NCBI GenBank assembly: GCA_963802815.1
Contig: CAWDKN010000058.1
Location: 14,214 to 78,213 of the forward strand
Length of the DNA: 64,000 nt
Reading direction: 5' to 3'
From: an uncultured Alphaproteobacteria bacterium
GTDB taxonomy: Bacteria > Pseudomonadota > Alphaproteobacteria > Micropepsales > Micropepsaceae
The translations under genes were made by a program, and so were the position numbers. Each line of letters starts with the position of its first letter. Within the stretch, counting starts at the first letter, position 1. This document shows positions 39,627 to 50,211 of this stretch, in pieces. The notes beneath the pieces are model-generated. The model was not told where the DNA came from, searched no databases, and saw nothing but the letters and a program-made list of their open reading frames with translations.

Positions 39627-41107
39627 TGCGAGACTCCCGAAACGAAGACGGCCGGCGTGACGCGGCGCTCGCCGGTGCGCGGATCGGCCACGACGAAGTC
39701 GATCGTGCGATCGGCCTGTCCGAGCTCGTTTTTCCCGACCGTCAGCAGCACGCGCAGCGTACGCACGCGGTCGGCGGGAACGGCGATGATGGCCGGCAGC
39801 CGCGAGCCTTCTACGCCGATGACCTGCACGGACCGCGCCACCACGCCGTCGAGCGAGAGGACGAGCGAGCGCGGGTTGTCGCTGCGGTTCATCACCTTGA
39901 TGGCGTAGCCGTTGCGCACGGCGCCGTCGGACAGCGTCACGAAATCGGGATTGCGGTCGCGCAGGACGTCGAGAACGACGGTGGCGCGGGTGACGAGGCC
40001 GTAGGTCATCACCGCGCCGACGACGGTCATGATCATGGCATAGAATATCGTGCGCGCACGCAGCAGCTGGAAGCGCGGCGTCTCGCCCTTCAGGCGGCGC
40101 TCGACATTGGCTTCGGTGTCATAGGCGATCAGGCCGCGCGGCAGGCCGATGCGGATCATCACGTCGTCGCAGGCATCGATGCAGAGCGCGCAATTGATGC
40201 ATTCGAGCTGGGCGCCGTCGCGGATGTCGATGCCCATGGGACAGGCGGCGACGCACTGGTTGCAGTCGATGCAGTCGCCGCGGCCGACGAAGCTGTCGCC
40301 TTTCTTGTAGGCGCCGCGCGGCTCGCCGCGATCGTGCCGGTAGAGGACGCCGAGCGCCTCGTTGTCGGTCATCGCGGCCTGGATTCGCGGCCAGGGGCAC
40401 ATATAGGTGCAGACCTGTTCGCGCATCAGGCCGCCGAGCGAATAGGTCGTAAACGCGAGGATTGCGATGCAGGCATAGACGACGAAGGGCGCGTTGCCGT
40501 CGGCGAGACCGCGCGCAAGCGCCGGTGCGTCGGTGAAATAGAATACCCAGGCGCCGCCCGTCAGCACCGCGACGACGATCCAGATCGCATGCTTGGAGAC
40601 ACGCTTGGCGACCTTGGAGACGCTCCACGGATCGGCGGCGAGACGGATGCGCGCACCGCGATCGCCTTCGATCATGCGCTCGACGAAGATGAAAAGATCG
40701 GTCCACACCGTCTGTGGGCAGGTGTAGCCGCACCAGACGCGCCCGAACAGCGCAGCGGCGAGGAAGATACCGACGGCGCCGAGAATGAGAAGACCGGTGA
40801 CGTAGTAGATTTCCTGCGGCCAGATCTCGATGAAGAAGAAGTAGAAGCGCTCATGGGCGAGATCGACGAGGATGGCCTGGTCGGAGGCGCCGGGGCCGCG
40901 ATACCAGCGAATCCACGGCGCGAGATAGTAGATGGCGAGAAGAACCGCCATCACGACCCATTTCACGCGGCGGAACGTGCCGTGCACGGTCTTGGGATAG
41001 ATCGGGACGCGCGACTTGTAGAAGTTGCGCGAGGAGGCGCTGTTGGTGGCGCGCGCGTCGGAGCGGGCGACAGGGTCGTCGGTGTCGGTGATGGCGTGAA
41101 GGTTCAT
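39623..41107 (-). CDS. ccoG: Cytochrome c oxidase accessory protein CcoG/FixG
   Basis: GRVWCGYTCPQTVWTD, CTYMCPWPR, CIDCNQCVAACP, CINCALCIDAC. Confidence 0.95.
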   Translation of the reverse strand: MNLHAITDTDDPVARSDARATNSASSRNFYKSRVPIYPKTVHGTFRRVKWVVMAVLLAIYYLAPWIRWYRGPGASDQAILVDLAHERFYFFFIEIWPQEIYYVTGLLILGAVGIFLAAALFGRVWCGYTCPQTVWTDLFIFVERMIEGDRGARIRLAADPWSVSKVAKRVSKHAIWIVVAVLTGGAWVFYFTDAPALARGLADGNAPFVVYACIAILAFTTYSLGGLMREQVCTYMCPWPRIQAAMTDNEALGVLYRHDRGEPRGAYKKGDSFVGRGDCIDCNQCVAACPMGIDIRDGAQLECINCALCIDACDDVMIRIGLPRGLIAYDTEANVERRLKGETPRFQLLRARTIFYAMIMTVVGAVMTYGLVTRATVVLDVLRDRNPDFVTLSDGAVRNGYAIKVMNRSDNPRSLVLSLDGVVARSVQVIGVEGSRLPAIIAVPADRVRTLRVLLTVGKNELGQADRTIDFVVADPRTGERRVTPAVFVSGVSQ

Positions 41108-41128
41108 GGCAACGCGCCCAATAGTTCG

Positions 41129-41260
41129 CCCTCCCCTTGAGGGAGGGCCGAAAAATTCGCGGCGCGAATTTTTCGGGGAGGGGTCGTTCCGCAACAGTTC
41201 GTGTCTTTCTCCTCCCCGAAAAATCCTTCGGATTTTTCGACCCTCCCTCGAGGGGAGGGA
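41129..41260. repeat. REP-like doublet (CCCTCCCC family) between ccoP and ccoG
   Basis: CCCTCCCCTTGAGGGAGGG...CCCTCCCTCGAGGGGAGGG with internal CCGAAAAATTCGC/GCGAATTTTTCGG hairpins. Confidence 0.8.
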
Positions 41261-41295
41261 CGGCACGGCAGGTCAGCCGTCCTGAGCATATCCAC

Positions 41296-42162
41296 TCACT
41301 CGCCTCCGCCCAGACTGTGTACGTAGACGGCGAGCGCCTTGATGGTCTCTGGCGAGAGCTTGCCGCCCCAGGTCGGCATCACGCCGCCATGGCCGTTCCA
41401 GATCTGGTCGTGGATGTCCGCGCGCGCCGGCCCGTAGAGCCATTCGCTGTCGGTCAGGTTGGGCGCACCGACGCTGCGGTTGCCCTTTCCTTGAGGCCCG
41501 TGGCACATCGCGCAATTGTCGGCGAAGAGCGGGCGCGCCCGCTTCACGGCGCCGCCATCGGCGGCCCTGCCCGACAGGAACACGACATATTCGGTGAGGT
41601 CGTCGATCTGCGCGGGCTTGAGCAGGGCGTCGCGGCCGAAGGCGGGCATCTGGGACTGGCGCGTGTCGGGGCTCGTCGAGCGCACGCCGACGGTGATCGT
41701 GTGCTGGATGTCGTCGAGCGTGCCGCCCCACAGCCAGACGTCGTCGTTCAGGTTGGGATAGCCGCGCGAGCCCTGCGCGCCCGAGCCGTGGCACGGCGCG
41801 CAATTGTCGCCGAACGCGGACTTGCCTTCGGCCAAGGCGAACTGGAGAAGATCGGGATTGGCGACGATCTGCTTCAGCGACGCCTGGGAGAGCAGCACTT
41901 CCTTGTCGTGACGCTGCGCCTTCAGGTCGGCCAGCGCGTTGGCGACGTCGACACGCTGCGAATGTTGAAGAAGCCCGTGCGTGTAGCCGTGAAGGGTCGG
42001 CCATGCCGGCATCAGAATCCAGTAGCCGATCGCCCAAACGATGCAGGCATAAAAGACATAGAGCCACCAGCGCGGCAGCGGCGTGTTGAGCTCGCGGATC
42101 CCGTCCCATTCATGGCCGGTCGTCTCGGTGCCGCTGTGCTCGTCGATCTTCTTGTCGGTCAT
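41296..42162 (-). CDS. ccoP: cbb3 cytochrome c oxidase subunit III
   Basis: TTGHEWDGIRELNTPLPRWW, two CxxCH haem motifs. Confidence 0.97.
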   Translation of the reverse strand: MTDKKIDEHSGTETTGHEWDGIRELNTPLPRWWLYVFYACIVWAIGYWILMPAWPTLHGYTHGLLQHSQRVDVANALADLKAQRHDKEVLLSQASLKQIVANPDLLQFALAEGKSAFGDNCAPCHGSGAQGSRGYPNLNDDVWLWGGTLDDIQHTITVGVRSTSPDTRQSQMPAFGRDALLKPAQIDDLTEYVVFLSGRAADGGAVKRARPLFADNCAMCHGPQGKGNRSVGAPNLTDSEWLYGPARADIHDQIWNGHGGVMPTWGGKLSPETIKALAVYVHSLGGGE

Positions 42163-42332
42163 GGCGCAGTATCGTCGTCATGGAGCGGGATCGAGGCGGC
42201 GTCCTTGAACCCCGCCTGGTTCGACGGCCAGAAGGCGTAGACGCACACGACGGCGAACATCAGCACGAAGTAGAGGGCGCCCCAGCTATGGGCGAATGCG
42301 AGCGCCTGTTCGTAGGTAATGCCTTCGACCAT
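42159..42332 (-). CDS. ccoQ: cbb3 cytochrome c oxidase subunit IV
   Basis: Manual translation MVEGITYEQALAFAHSWGALYFVLMFAVVCVYAFWPSNQAGFKDAASIPLHDDDTAP (57 aa) between ccoO and ccoP. Confidence 0.9.
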   Translation of the reverse strand: MVEGITYEQALAFAHSWGALYFVLMFAVVCVYAFWPSNQAGFKDAASIPLHDDDTAP

Positions 42333-42335
42333 GGT

Positions 42336-43064
42336 CTATCTCTTGTTTTCCGGCGCATCGGCCTTGTAGGTGGAGAAATCGACGAGCGTGCCCAGCATCT
42401 GCAGATAGGCGATCAGCGCGTCGGCTTCGGTGATCTGGCCGGGGTTGCCCGCAAAGTCGCGAACCTGCACTTTCGGATAGCGTTTCTTCAGCCCGCCGAC
42501 GCCGCCGCTGTCGGGATTGTCCTGGGCCTCGAGGTCGGCCTTGGCGTTGGCGATCATCGCGTCCGTATAGGGGACGCCGACGGTGCGATTGGCCCGAAGC
42601 TCGTCCTGGATATCGCGATAGTCGAGCGGCGTCGTTTCCAGGAACACGTAGGGCGGCATCACCGATTCCGGGACGACCGAGCGCGGATCGGCAAGGTGCG
42701 CGCGCTGCCATTCGTCCGAATACTTGCCGCCAACGCGCGCGAGATCGGGACCGGTGCGCTTGGAGCCCCACTGGAAGGGATGGTCGTACATGCTTTCCGC
42801 GGCGAGGCTGTAATGGCCATAGCGCTCGACCTCGTCGCGCAGCGGCCGGATCATCTGGCTGTGGCAGAGATAACAGCCTTCGCGCATGTAGATGTTCCGT
42901 CCCATCAGCTCCAGCGGCGTGTATGGCCGCATGCCCGACACTTTCTCGATCGTGCTCTCCACGAAGAAGAGCGGCGCGATCTCGATCATGCCGCCGATGG
43001 CAACGACTAGGAGGATGCCGATGAGGAGCAGCATCGAATTGCGCTCCAATACGCCATGGTCCAT
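42336..43064 (-). CDS. ccoO: cbb3 cytochrome c oxidase subunit II
   Basis: [29 protein letters not shown]. Confidence 0.97.
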   Translation of the reverse strand: MDHGVLERNSMLLLIGILLVVAIGGMIEIAPLFFVESTIEKVSGMRPYTPLELMGRNIYMREGCYLCHSQMIRPLRDEVERYGHYSLAAESMYDHPFQWGSKRTGPDLARVGGKYSDEWQRAHLADPRSVVPESVMPPYVFLETTPLDYRDIQDELRANRTVGVPYTDAMIANAKADLEAQDNPDSGGVGGLKKRYPKVQVRDFAGNPGQITEADALIAYLQMLGTLVDFSTYKADAPENKR

Positions 43065-43065
43065 G

Positions 43066-44706
43066 TCACGCCGCCTGCAGTTTTGCGGCGGCGGGAAGCG
43101 CCAGGGGTTCCGACCGGCGAACGTCCCCGCGGATCGTTCGCCACAGATTGTACGCCATGATCACCGCACCGATGAGATAGAGGATCCCTCCGAGCGCGCG
43201 GATCACATAGTAAGGATGCGCGGCCGAGACGGACTCCACGAAGGAATATTCGAGGAAGCCGTAATCGTTGTAGGCGCGCCACATCAGGCCTTCCATGATG
43301 CCGCTGACCCACATCGAGGTGATGTAGAAGACGATTCCGATCGTCGCGACCCAGAAGTGCCACTCGACGAGCGCGTTCGAATAGAGCCGCTCGCGTTTCC
43401 ACAGCCACGGCACGAGGCAGTACATCGCGCCGAAGCTGATGAAGCCGACCCAGCCCAGCGAGCCGGAATGGACGTGGCCGATGCCCCAGTCGGTGTAATG
43501 CGAGAGCGCGTTCACCGTCTTCACGCTCATCACCGGGCCTTCGAACGTCGCCATGCCGTAGAAGGCGACGGAGACGATCAGCATGCGCAGCACGGGATCG
43601 GTACGAAGCTTGTCCCACGCGCCCGAAAGCGTCATCAGGCCGTTGATCATGCCGCCCCAGCTCGGCATCCACAGGATGATGGAGAACGTCATGCCGAGCG
43701 TCTGGGCCCATTCGGGCAGCGCCGTGTAGAGCAGGTGATGCGGGCCCGCCCAGATGTAGATGAAGATCAGTGTCCAGAAATGGACGATCGAAAGCCTGTA
43801 GGAGTAGACCGGTCGTTCGGCCCGCTTGGGCACGAAGTAGTACATGATTTCGAGAAAGCCGGCGGTCAGGAAGAAGCCGACCGCGTTGTGGCCGTACCAC
43901 CATTCGATGAGGGCATCCTGCACGCCGGAGAAGAGCGAAAAGCTCTTGGTCGAATAGAAGGTGACCGGCATCGCCAGATTGTTGACGACGTGCAGCATCG
44001 CGATCGTCACGATGAAGGCGAGATAGAACCAGTTCGCCACGTAGATGTGCGGTTCCTTGCGCTTCCACAGCGTGCCCAGGAAGACGAGAAGATAAGTGAC
44101 CCAGACGATGGTCAGCCAGATGTCGGCGTACCATTCGGGCTCGGCATATTCGCGGGCTTGCGTGATGCCGATCAGGTAGCCGGTGCCCGCGAGGATGATG
44201 AAGGTCTGATAGCCCCAGAACACGAACCACGGCCAGGCGCCGCCTGCGAGCCGCGCGCGGCAGGTGCGCTGCACGACGTAGAAGGATGTCGCGATCAGAA
44301 CGTTGCCGCCGAAGGCGAAAATCACGGCGGAGGTGTGCAGCGGACGGATGCGGCCGAAATTCGTCCAGGGAAGATCGGGAAAATAGAACAGGCGCGGATA
44401 GGCGAGCTGCAGCGCGAGGATCACGCCGACAAGCATGCCGGCTAGCGCCCAGAACATCGCGGCGATCACGCCGGCCTTGATCACGTCGTCGGAATATCCG
44501 GTCTCCGCCTGCGGCTTGCCCATGTAGCGATAGGCAAACCAGACCAGCGCGCCGGCCATGCAGGCGAAGAACGTCCAGGCCTGGATGACCATGAGAGGAT
44601 CGGGAGACTTGGCGGCTTCCAGAATCGCGACCGCGACGCCGAGGAGCAGAAGCCCCGGCACCAGGACGAGATCGGCGCGCCACTCAATCTTCGCGGCGTC
44701 CGGCAT
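43066..44706 (-). CDS. ccoN: cbb3 cytochrome c oxidase subunit I
   Basis: [35 protein letters not shown]. Confidence 0.97.
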   Translation of the reverse strand: MPDAAKIEWRADLVLVPGLLLLGVAVAILEAAKSPDPLMVIQAWTFFACMAGALVWFAYRYMGKPQAETGYSDDVIKAGVIAAMFWALAGMLVGVILALQLAYPRLFYFPDLPWTNFGRIRPLHTSAVIFAFGGNVLIATSFYVVQRTCRARLAGGAWPWFVFWGYQTFIILAGTGYLIGITQAREYAEPEWYADIWLTIVWVTYLLVFLGTLWKRKEPHIYVANWFYLAFIVTIAMLHVVNNLAMPVTFYSTKSFSLFSGVQDALIEWWYGHNAVGFFLTAGFLEIMYYFVPKRAERPVYSYRLSIVHFWTLIFIYIWAGPHHLLYTALPEWAQTLGMTFSIILWMPSWGGMINGLMTLSGAWDKLRTDPVLRMLIVSVAFYGMATFEGPVMSVKTVNALSHYTDWGIGHVHSGSLGWVGFISFGAMYCLVPWLWKRERLYSNALVEWHFWVATIGIVFYITSMWVSGIMEGLMWRAYNDYGFLEYSFVESVSAAHPYYVIRALGGILYLIGAVIMAYNLWRTIRGDVRRSEPLALPAAAKLQAA

Positions 44707-44860
44707 CGCGCGGCCTTTCGCTGGGGGTTTTGGGGAAGGGGCGGATCGAACCGCTCGAAGTGTCGGACGTCTCGGAACAGGCACGACGCGCCCATTCGCA
44801 ATAGGAAAGCCACCCCGAGACCGGCATATCAGCCGGCGCGGTGGCTTCGGGATAATTCAT
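44684..44860 (-). CDS. Possible 58-aa ORF between the FNR box and ccoN
   Basis: [28 protein letters not shown]...; weak GGGGA RBS; stop lies just inside the ccoN start region. Confidence 0.3.
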   Translation of the reverse strand: MNYPEATAPADMPVSGWLSYCEWARRACSETSDTSSGSIRPFPKTPSERPRDAGRRED

Positions 44861-44917
44861 GGAGCAATCCCCGGAAAATTCAGGGGGAAAACCTCATGCC
44901 ACAGCCCAACCTGCGCA

Positions 44918-44931
44918 TTGATCTGCATCAA
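44918..44931. promoter_or_regulatory. FNR/FixK box upstream of ccoN
   Basis: TTGATCTGCATCAA, a perfect TTGAT-N4-ATCAA. Confidence 0.9.
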
Positions 44932-44952
44932 GCCTTTGAAGAAGGCGGCGGA

Positions 44953-45219
44953 TCAGCGCGCCAGGACCGTGCAGATATGAAATGCGTGCGGCAGTCCGGC
45001 GTGACTTGCGAACAACGCTGCTGCGCCGGCGATGCCCGCGCCGACGAGAGCCGCCTCTGTCAGGGCGGCCGAAAGGATCGCCGTCGAGAAGCGCCCCGCG
45101 ACGAGCATGCGGCCGGGCGCCGCGGCAACAGAAGCGGCGCCGACCAATCGCGCCTTCACGGCAACCCAGTAGACGAAGGGCTGGCCGAGCAGGGCTGCAG
45201 CGATGGCGCAACAGGGCAT
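44953..45219 (-). CDS. Possible small hydrophobic protein (MPCC...) downstream of the second FNR box
   Basis: Part of ORF 44953..45249; hydrophobic Ala-rich sequence with N-terminal CC and C-terminal HxxHIC. Confidence 0.4.
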   Translation of the reverse strand: MPCCAIAAALLGQPFVYWVAVKARLVGAASVAAAPGRMLVAGRFSTAILSAALTEAALVGAGIAGAAALFASHAGLPHAFHICTVLAR

Positions 45220-45282
45220 GGCTTGGGGCCTGGGACCGGACGAGTTCAATGCCAGCCTAGCACCGGATTCGCCACCGGAGCG

Positions 45283-45296
45283 TTGATTCTGATCAA
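45283..45296. promoter_or_regulatory. Second FNR/FixK box
   Basis: TTGATTCTGATCAA, a perfect consensus. Confidence 0.8.
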
Positions 45297-45313
45297 CCGG
45301 ACGCCGGGAGAGA

Positions 45314-46009
45314 TTATTGCAGGCCGGCCGCGTGCAGTTCGGCGGCGGCGGCGGCGAAGTCCACGCGGAAATCGGTGTTTTGCAACAGGTCGACGGCGAC
45401 GACGGTCCCCAGCACCTGGCCGGCGACGATATCGCTTCGGTAATGCACGCCGCAGACGAGACGTTCGTGGGCGTAGTCCGCCGCGCGCGCCAGAATGATC
45501 TGCGCCTTCGAGGGCATCAGCGCCGCCAGCACCACGCCGGTCGCAAAGCCCAGAGTTGCATGGCCGCTGGGATAGGAATTCTGCGGCTTCGCGTCCGGCT
45601 TCTCGCAGGTCCTGAGCGTCGTATCGAACACATAGGGGCGCGTGCGGTGGAAATAGACCTTCGCAGCCTTGGCGGCGGCCTTCTCTTCCTCGACCACCTC
45701 ATCCAGGAGATGCGACGTCGCAGGCAGCTTCGACAGGTCGAAGGCAGGCCCGAGGACGGTCTGGTAGAGCGTCGGGGTTTCATTGTCGCTGTCCGTGGTC
45801 GCGCGCGCAAAATCGTCGGCGCTCATGGCGGCCTGGATCTTGTCGAGCTCGGCCATCTCCGCCTTCGCCACCTCGTCGGCTGGCGGCGGCGGCAGGATCA
45901 ACGACGGATCGGTCTGATCGGGCGTCAGGAAATGCGGGTTGGCGGACGCGAGGCCGGTGGCGAGCAGCACCAGTACGACGGCGCCGACAAATCGAAATCC
46001 CGTTCGCAT
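45314..46009 (-). CDS. Class A acid phosphatase (PAP2 family), secreted
   Basis: KVYFHRTRP, SYPSGH, RLVCGVHYRSD motifs; signal peptide. Confidence 0.92.
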   Translation of the reverse strand: MRTGFRFVGAVVLVLLATGLASANPHFLTPDQTDPSLILPPPPADEVAKAEMAELDKIQAAMSADDFARATTDSDNETPTLYQTVLGPAFDLSKLPATSHLLDEVVEEEKAAAKAAKVYFHRTRPYVFDTTLRTCEKPDAKPQNSYPSGHATLGFATGVVLAALMPSKAQIILARAADYAHERLVCGVHYRSDIVAGQVLGTVVAVDLLQNTDFRVDFAAAAAELHAAGLQ

Positions 46010-46115
46010 TGCCATCATCCCCTTAAGGCGCAAACGCGCGCGGCAAGGAGTCTGCCACGCGCGTTTGAAGGTATTGCGGCACCCCGCTTCGCGAGGTGCC
46101 GTAGTGCTCGGGTGT

Positions 46116-48739
46116 TCAGAACCTGATCTTGATCGTCGCCTGGAAGCTTCGCTCGGCCTGGAAGTAGTACTGATCGGTGCTGCCCAGCCGGCCTTTGTAG
46201 TTCTCCGCGAAGGTCTGACCCGGGAAGAGCACGTTAGGCGTCTTGCCATCGGTATCGTTGATGGTCATGCCGACGACGTTCTTGCTGTCCAGAATGTTGT
46301 AGACGCCGCCGCCCACTTCGACGTCTTCGCTGAGGCCAAGCCACTCGGAGACGTCGTAGTAGCCGGTGAAATCGAGCGTGTTGTACGCTTTGGCTTTGTA
46401 GAAGTCCCCGACATACCCCGGCTGGCCCGCGGCAATGCCGTTCCGGTCGAAGTGCTGGCCCTGCGGCGGAGATCCTGGGGTCTGCGGGTTGATGGCGTCG
46501 AGATATTGCTGACCCGTCACCTTGTCGATCAGCGACAGCTTCCAATTGTTCGCCTTGTAGATCAGGCCGCTCGCTGCCGTCCAGAACGGCGCCGATCCGA
46601 GTTGCACGCCCTGGGACTTCGCCGAGTTCAGCGAGCCGTTGGTGAAGACCGAAAGCCCGTCGAGGATGCCATGGAATTCGTCCTCGCCGAAGGCATAGGT
46701 CGCTTCGCCCTCGACGCCCTTGTAGACAGCCTTGCCGATGTTCTCGTCGCAGGTGTCGCCGACGGAGCAATTCGGCGTCGTCGCGGAACCCTTCACCGCC
46801 TGGATCGTGTTGTTGCTGTCGATGTAATAGACGTCGGCGTCGATGTCGAAATTGTCGGCGTAGTAGACGGTGCCGAACTGATAGTTCGTCGTCGTCTGCG
46901 GCTTGGGATAGGCCGCGATCACGCCCGCCTGCTCAAACGCCGAGATGTCCGGCACATAGACGCCGTTGGCGTACTGGGCATAGACGCTCCAATAGGGCTC
47001 GATCTTGTAATTCACGGTCGCAAACGGAAGCAACCGCGTCGTGGTGAAGGAGCCTTGGCCCGAGACGGTGCGGGCGGCGGGCGACGTCCCCGGCCCAAGG
47101 AACGGTATCGGCGGCTTGCTGGCCGAGATGACCGGCGCGCTGAGCTCATGCTGCCACCAGACGTATTTGAGGCCCGGCGTGATGGTCAGGCCCGGGAAGG
47201 GGTCGACCTCGAGCTCGGCGAAGGGCTGATACTGGCTCCAGTTCGAGTGCTCGATGTAGCCGACGCCCGGGATGCCGTTGAGGATCGTGCCCTTGGTGGC
47301 TTTCGAGTTCGGCGAATGTGCCGGCTTGCTCGGATTGGAAGGCTTGGCAAGGCGCATTTGCCGCGGCAAAGCACTTCGTCACGTCGAAGTAATAGCGCTG
47401 GCGCTCGGTGGCGGAGCTTTCCCACCACACACCGGTGCGGAGCTGGCCGGTGACGCTGCCAAAGGCGAAATCCCAAGACGTGCGCAGGATGTTGCCGAAG
47501 ACGCGATAGGCATTGAGCTTGGTATAGCCGGGAATGTCGGTCGCGTTGGTAGTGGCGCCGGTGATCGTGCCGCCGACCAGGTTGGTGCCGACCGTATAGA
47601 CCGAGGGACCGATCTGCGAGACCGTACCGCCGGTCTTTGTACCGAGACCCTGCGTAGTTAGCACGCCACCGACGATGCTCTGCGTGAGACTGCTGACGGT
47701 GACGGTCTTGTTGACATAGGCATAGGTGTAGAACTGGTCATCGACATGGAAGTTCTCGGTCACCGTGCCCTTGAGGCGCGCGTAGTCCATGTCGGTGATC
47801 TTGTTCTGAAAATTGTAGGCGTTGTAAGTCGGCAAATTCGGATTGGTGTTTTGCAGCGCGTAGTTGATGCCGTAGGTGGCAATCTGCGCGGGTGTAGCAC
47901 CGTTGTTGTCGCTGACGTGCTGATGCAGGGCGTTGTAGTTGCCGAACAGAGTGAGCGTCCAATCCGGCGTTATGTCCGCCTCGTATTTCACGAGCTCGTT
48001 GTCGCGATGCGTGTTCTGGAGCGTGAGGTAACCGTTCGATACGGCTTCCTGCACGTTGACCATCAGGCGGCTGTTGATGCCGAGATTGTCGAAGTTACCC
48101 GTCTGCAGGTTGCCCTCGAGATTCCAGGTGTCCCAGCTGCCGCCCGTGACGGCGATCTTGGCGCTCGGATCCTCCGTAAGCGGTTCGGAGAAAAGGAAAA
48201 CCGAACCGCCGAAGGTCGACGGACCCAATGTGCCGGCATTGCCGGGACCACGGTCGACCTGGACGCTTCCGATCGCCGAGCCGGGAAAATAGGACTCAGA
48301 ATGGTGCGTGGGGCCGTTCGTGTCGCCGAACGGAACACCGTCATAGCTGATGCCGAAATTTCCGTCCGGAAACCCGCGCAGCGTATTCTTGACGTTGCCG
48401 TCAGACAGGCCGGGGCCATTGATGTCGGTGCCTGTCATCGACGGCACGATTGCGAGGATGTTGACGTAGTCAGTCGTCGCCGCCTGCGAAGTCCTCGATG
48501 TAGGATTTGTCGATGATCGTTTGCGGCTCGGTCGTTTCCAGCGACGATTTCGATGGTGCCGATTCCGGATTGAACCGGCGACCGGTGATAACGACGGTTT
48601 CAATGTCGTTTCCGGTGTTTGCCGAGGCAATCTGCGTTTGAGCTATCGCCGTGCCCGCCGTAAAGGGGACGGCGCAGGCAATCACGCCAAGCGTGCTCAG
48701 ACCCAGAAGCCGCTGCTTGAATTTCGCTGAATTCGACAT
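46116..48739 (-). CDS. TonB-dependent receptor (frameshifts near 48480 and 47310)
   Basis: Signal peptide and ETVVITG (ORF 48470..), plug LRGFPDG...DRGPG (ORF 47146..), barrel end RSFQATIKIRF (ORF 46116..). Confidence 0.88.
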
Positions 48740-49011
48740 AAGACCCCTCCGAGGCGGAATCGCTTCCGCCACTGTTGATACGCAACCACTGCGCCCGGTC
48801 CGAAACGACCGGATGAACAAGAGCGAAAGCTGTCCCCACGCTTTCGTCGCCGCGTACGCCCAAGCGCGGAAAGCGCGCGGCGTCGCGAACTGTTTTCAAG
48901 TTGGGGATGGATTCACGCAACAGCATGCGGCCGCTTCGACGCGGCACAATCACGCTGTTCCGAGAAGACCCCCAAGCCCCTTCGTGTTGAGCGAACAGCT
49001 ACGATGCGAAT

Positions 49012-49029
49012 GTGACAGCGCTGTGAAAG
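49012..49029 (-). promoter_or_regulatory. Pho box
   Basis: Minus strand CTTTCAC-AGCG-CTGTCAC, an 11-bp-period PhoB repeat, upstream of the receptor-phosphatase pair. Confidence 0.65.
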
Positions 49030-49087
49030 AGAAATGTCGGTCGAGCCATTGTTTTTGCGCGTTCGAAATTGCCGCAGCACCGAAAAG

Positions 49088-49123
49088 AAAAATGCCTCCT
49101 CCTTGTGCAGGAGAAGGCATTTT
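49088..49123 (-). terminator. Rho-independent terminator
   Basis: AAAATGCC...GGCATTTT hairpin with an A-tract on the + strand, downstream of the minus-strand gene ending at 49175. Confidence 0.65.
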
Positions 49124-49174
49124 CCGATGCAGCGTTGCGATCACGCGTCATAAGACGCGTGACCGCTCAGGCGT

Positions 49175-50002
49175 TCAGCGGAAGTGCCATTCGCCATCCG
49201 TCTGTCGGCAGGCTGAACCGTCGCGGTCGAAACGCTGGCCGTCACGGAACGTCGTGGCGTGGAAGTCGCGGCAGACGTAACCGCCATCCTGGTATTCGCG
49301 CTTCACGGTGAAGTACCCGTAATGGTCGCCGTGATGCCATTCGTAGCGGCGTCCGATGTCGCCGTTGAGCGCCAGCGAATAGGTATTGAACGCGTCGCGC
49401 CGGTCGTCGCATTGCACGTCGCTGGCAATTGCGTTGCCGAGCAGGCCGCCCAGGATGACACCGCCGACGACGGCGCCGCCATTGCCGTGACTGACTGCGC
49501 CGCCGATCAACCCGCCGCCGATCGCGCCGAAGATCGTTCCCGCCGCGGCATTGCCGCGATGGCAATCGTCCTCGTAGCGGCCGTGTTCGTAATAGCCGGG
49601 CGGCGGCGCTGGTGGCGGTCCGTAAGCGGGGGGCGGAGGCGGCGGGCCATAGCCGGGTCCGCCGCTGTAGTCGGAATCGTTCATGCCGAGCTGGGCGCCG
49701 ATGCCGCGCAGCTGGTCGGCGTAAGTGCGGAATGAATTGTCGTCGATTCCGTTCTGGCTTTCGTAGTAGGCCTGAAGCGAGCGGATTTCGACGTTGTCGA
49801 GATCCTTTTGGAGGTGCCACGCGCGGCGCGGATCGAGCGAACCGTCGCGGACGCCGCTGGCGATACGGTCATCGAGCCGGCTCTCCCAGCGCGCGAGGCG
49901 CGAATAGCCCTCGTCATCGTTGATCTGCACGGGATCGGCGAACGCAGCGCTCGTGCCCGAAAGCAAGAGGACGGCAAGTGCCGCCGGAAACAGTTTGCGC
50001 AT
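49175..50002 (-). CDS. Secreted glycine-zipper / 17-kDa surface antigen-like protein
   Basis: Signal peptide, Pro-rich linker, GTIFGAIGGGLIGG zipper, CRDF...GSACRQTDGEW C-terminus. Confidence 0.8.
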   Translation of the reverse strand: MRKLFPAALAVLLLSGTSAAFADPVQINDDEGYSRLARWESRLDDRIASGVRDGSLDPRRAWHLQKDLDNVEIRSLQAYYESQNGIDDNSFRTYADQLRGIGAQLGMNDSDYSGGPGYGPPPPPPAYGPPPAPPPGYYEHGRYEDDCHRGNAAAGTIFGAIGGGLIGGAVSHGNGGAVVGGVILGGLLGNAIASDVQCDDRRDAFNTYSLALNGDIGRRYEWHHGDHYGYFTVKREYQDGGYVCRDFHATTFRDGQRFDRDGSACRQTDGEWHFR

Positions 50003-50039
50003 GTGAGAACTTCCCAAAATGTCGACGCTCCGGACTAAC

Positions 50040-50064
50040 AACCCGACCGAGGCGCTCCGGTTCC
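50040..50064 (-). promoter_or_regulatory. ECF (EcfG-like) promoter candidate
   Basis: Minus strand GGAAC-N17-GTT about 40 nt upstream of the start codon. Confidence 0.45.
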
Positions 50065-50211
50065 GCATGCCTGCGGGAAAGGCAGGGCGGCGCCGGGGCA
50101 AAAACCCCGTCATGCGTTGTCGGCAGGTTTCCGGCGGCGATCAACCGCCCCTCTCACAAGGGCGACGCTGGCGGCCGAATGTGGCGTCAACGGGGCGGAT
50201 GAGAAGTTCCT

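Noticed and set aside
43845-43860. Glu in the CcoN GFLEIMYY segment where a small residue is usual
   Set aside because: A single-base difference in an error-prone sequence; cannot be trusted without reads.
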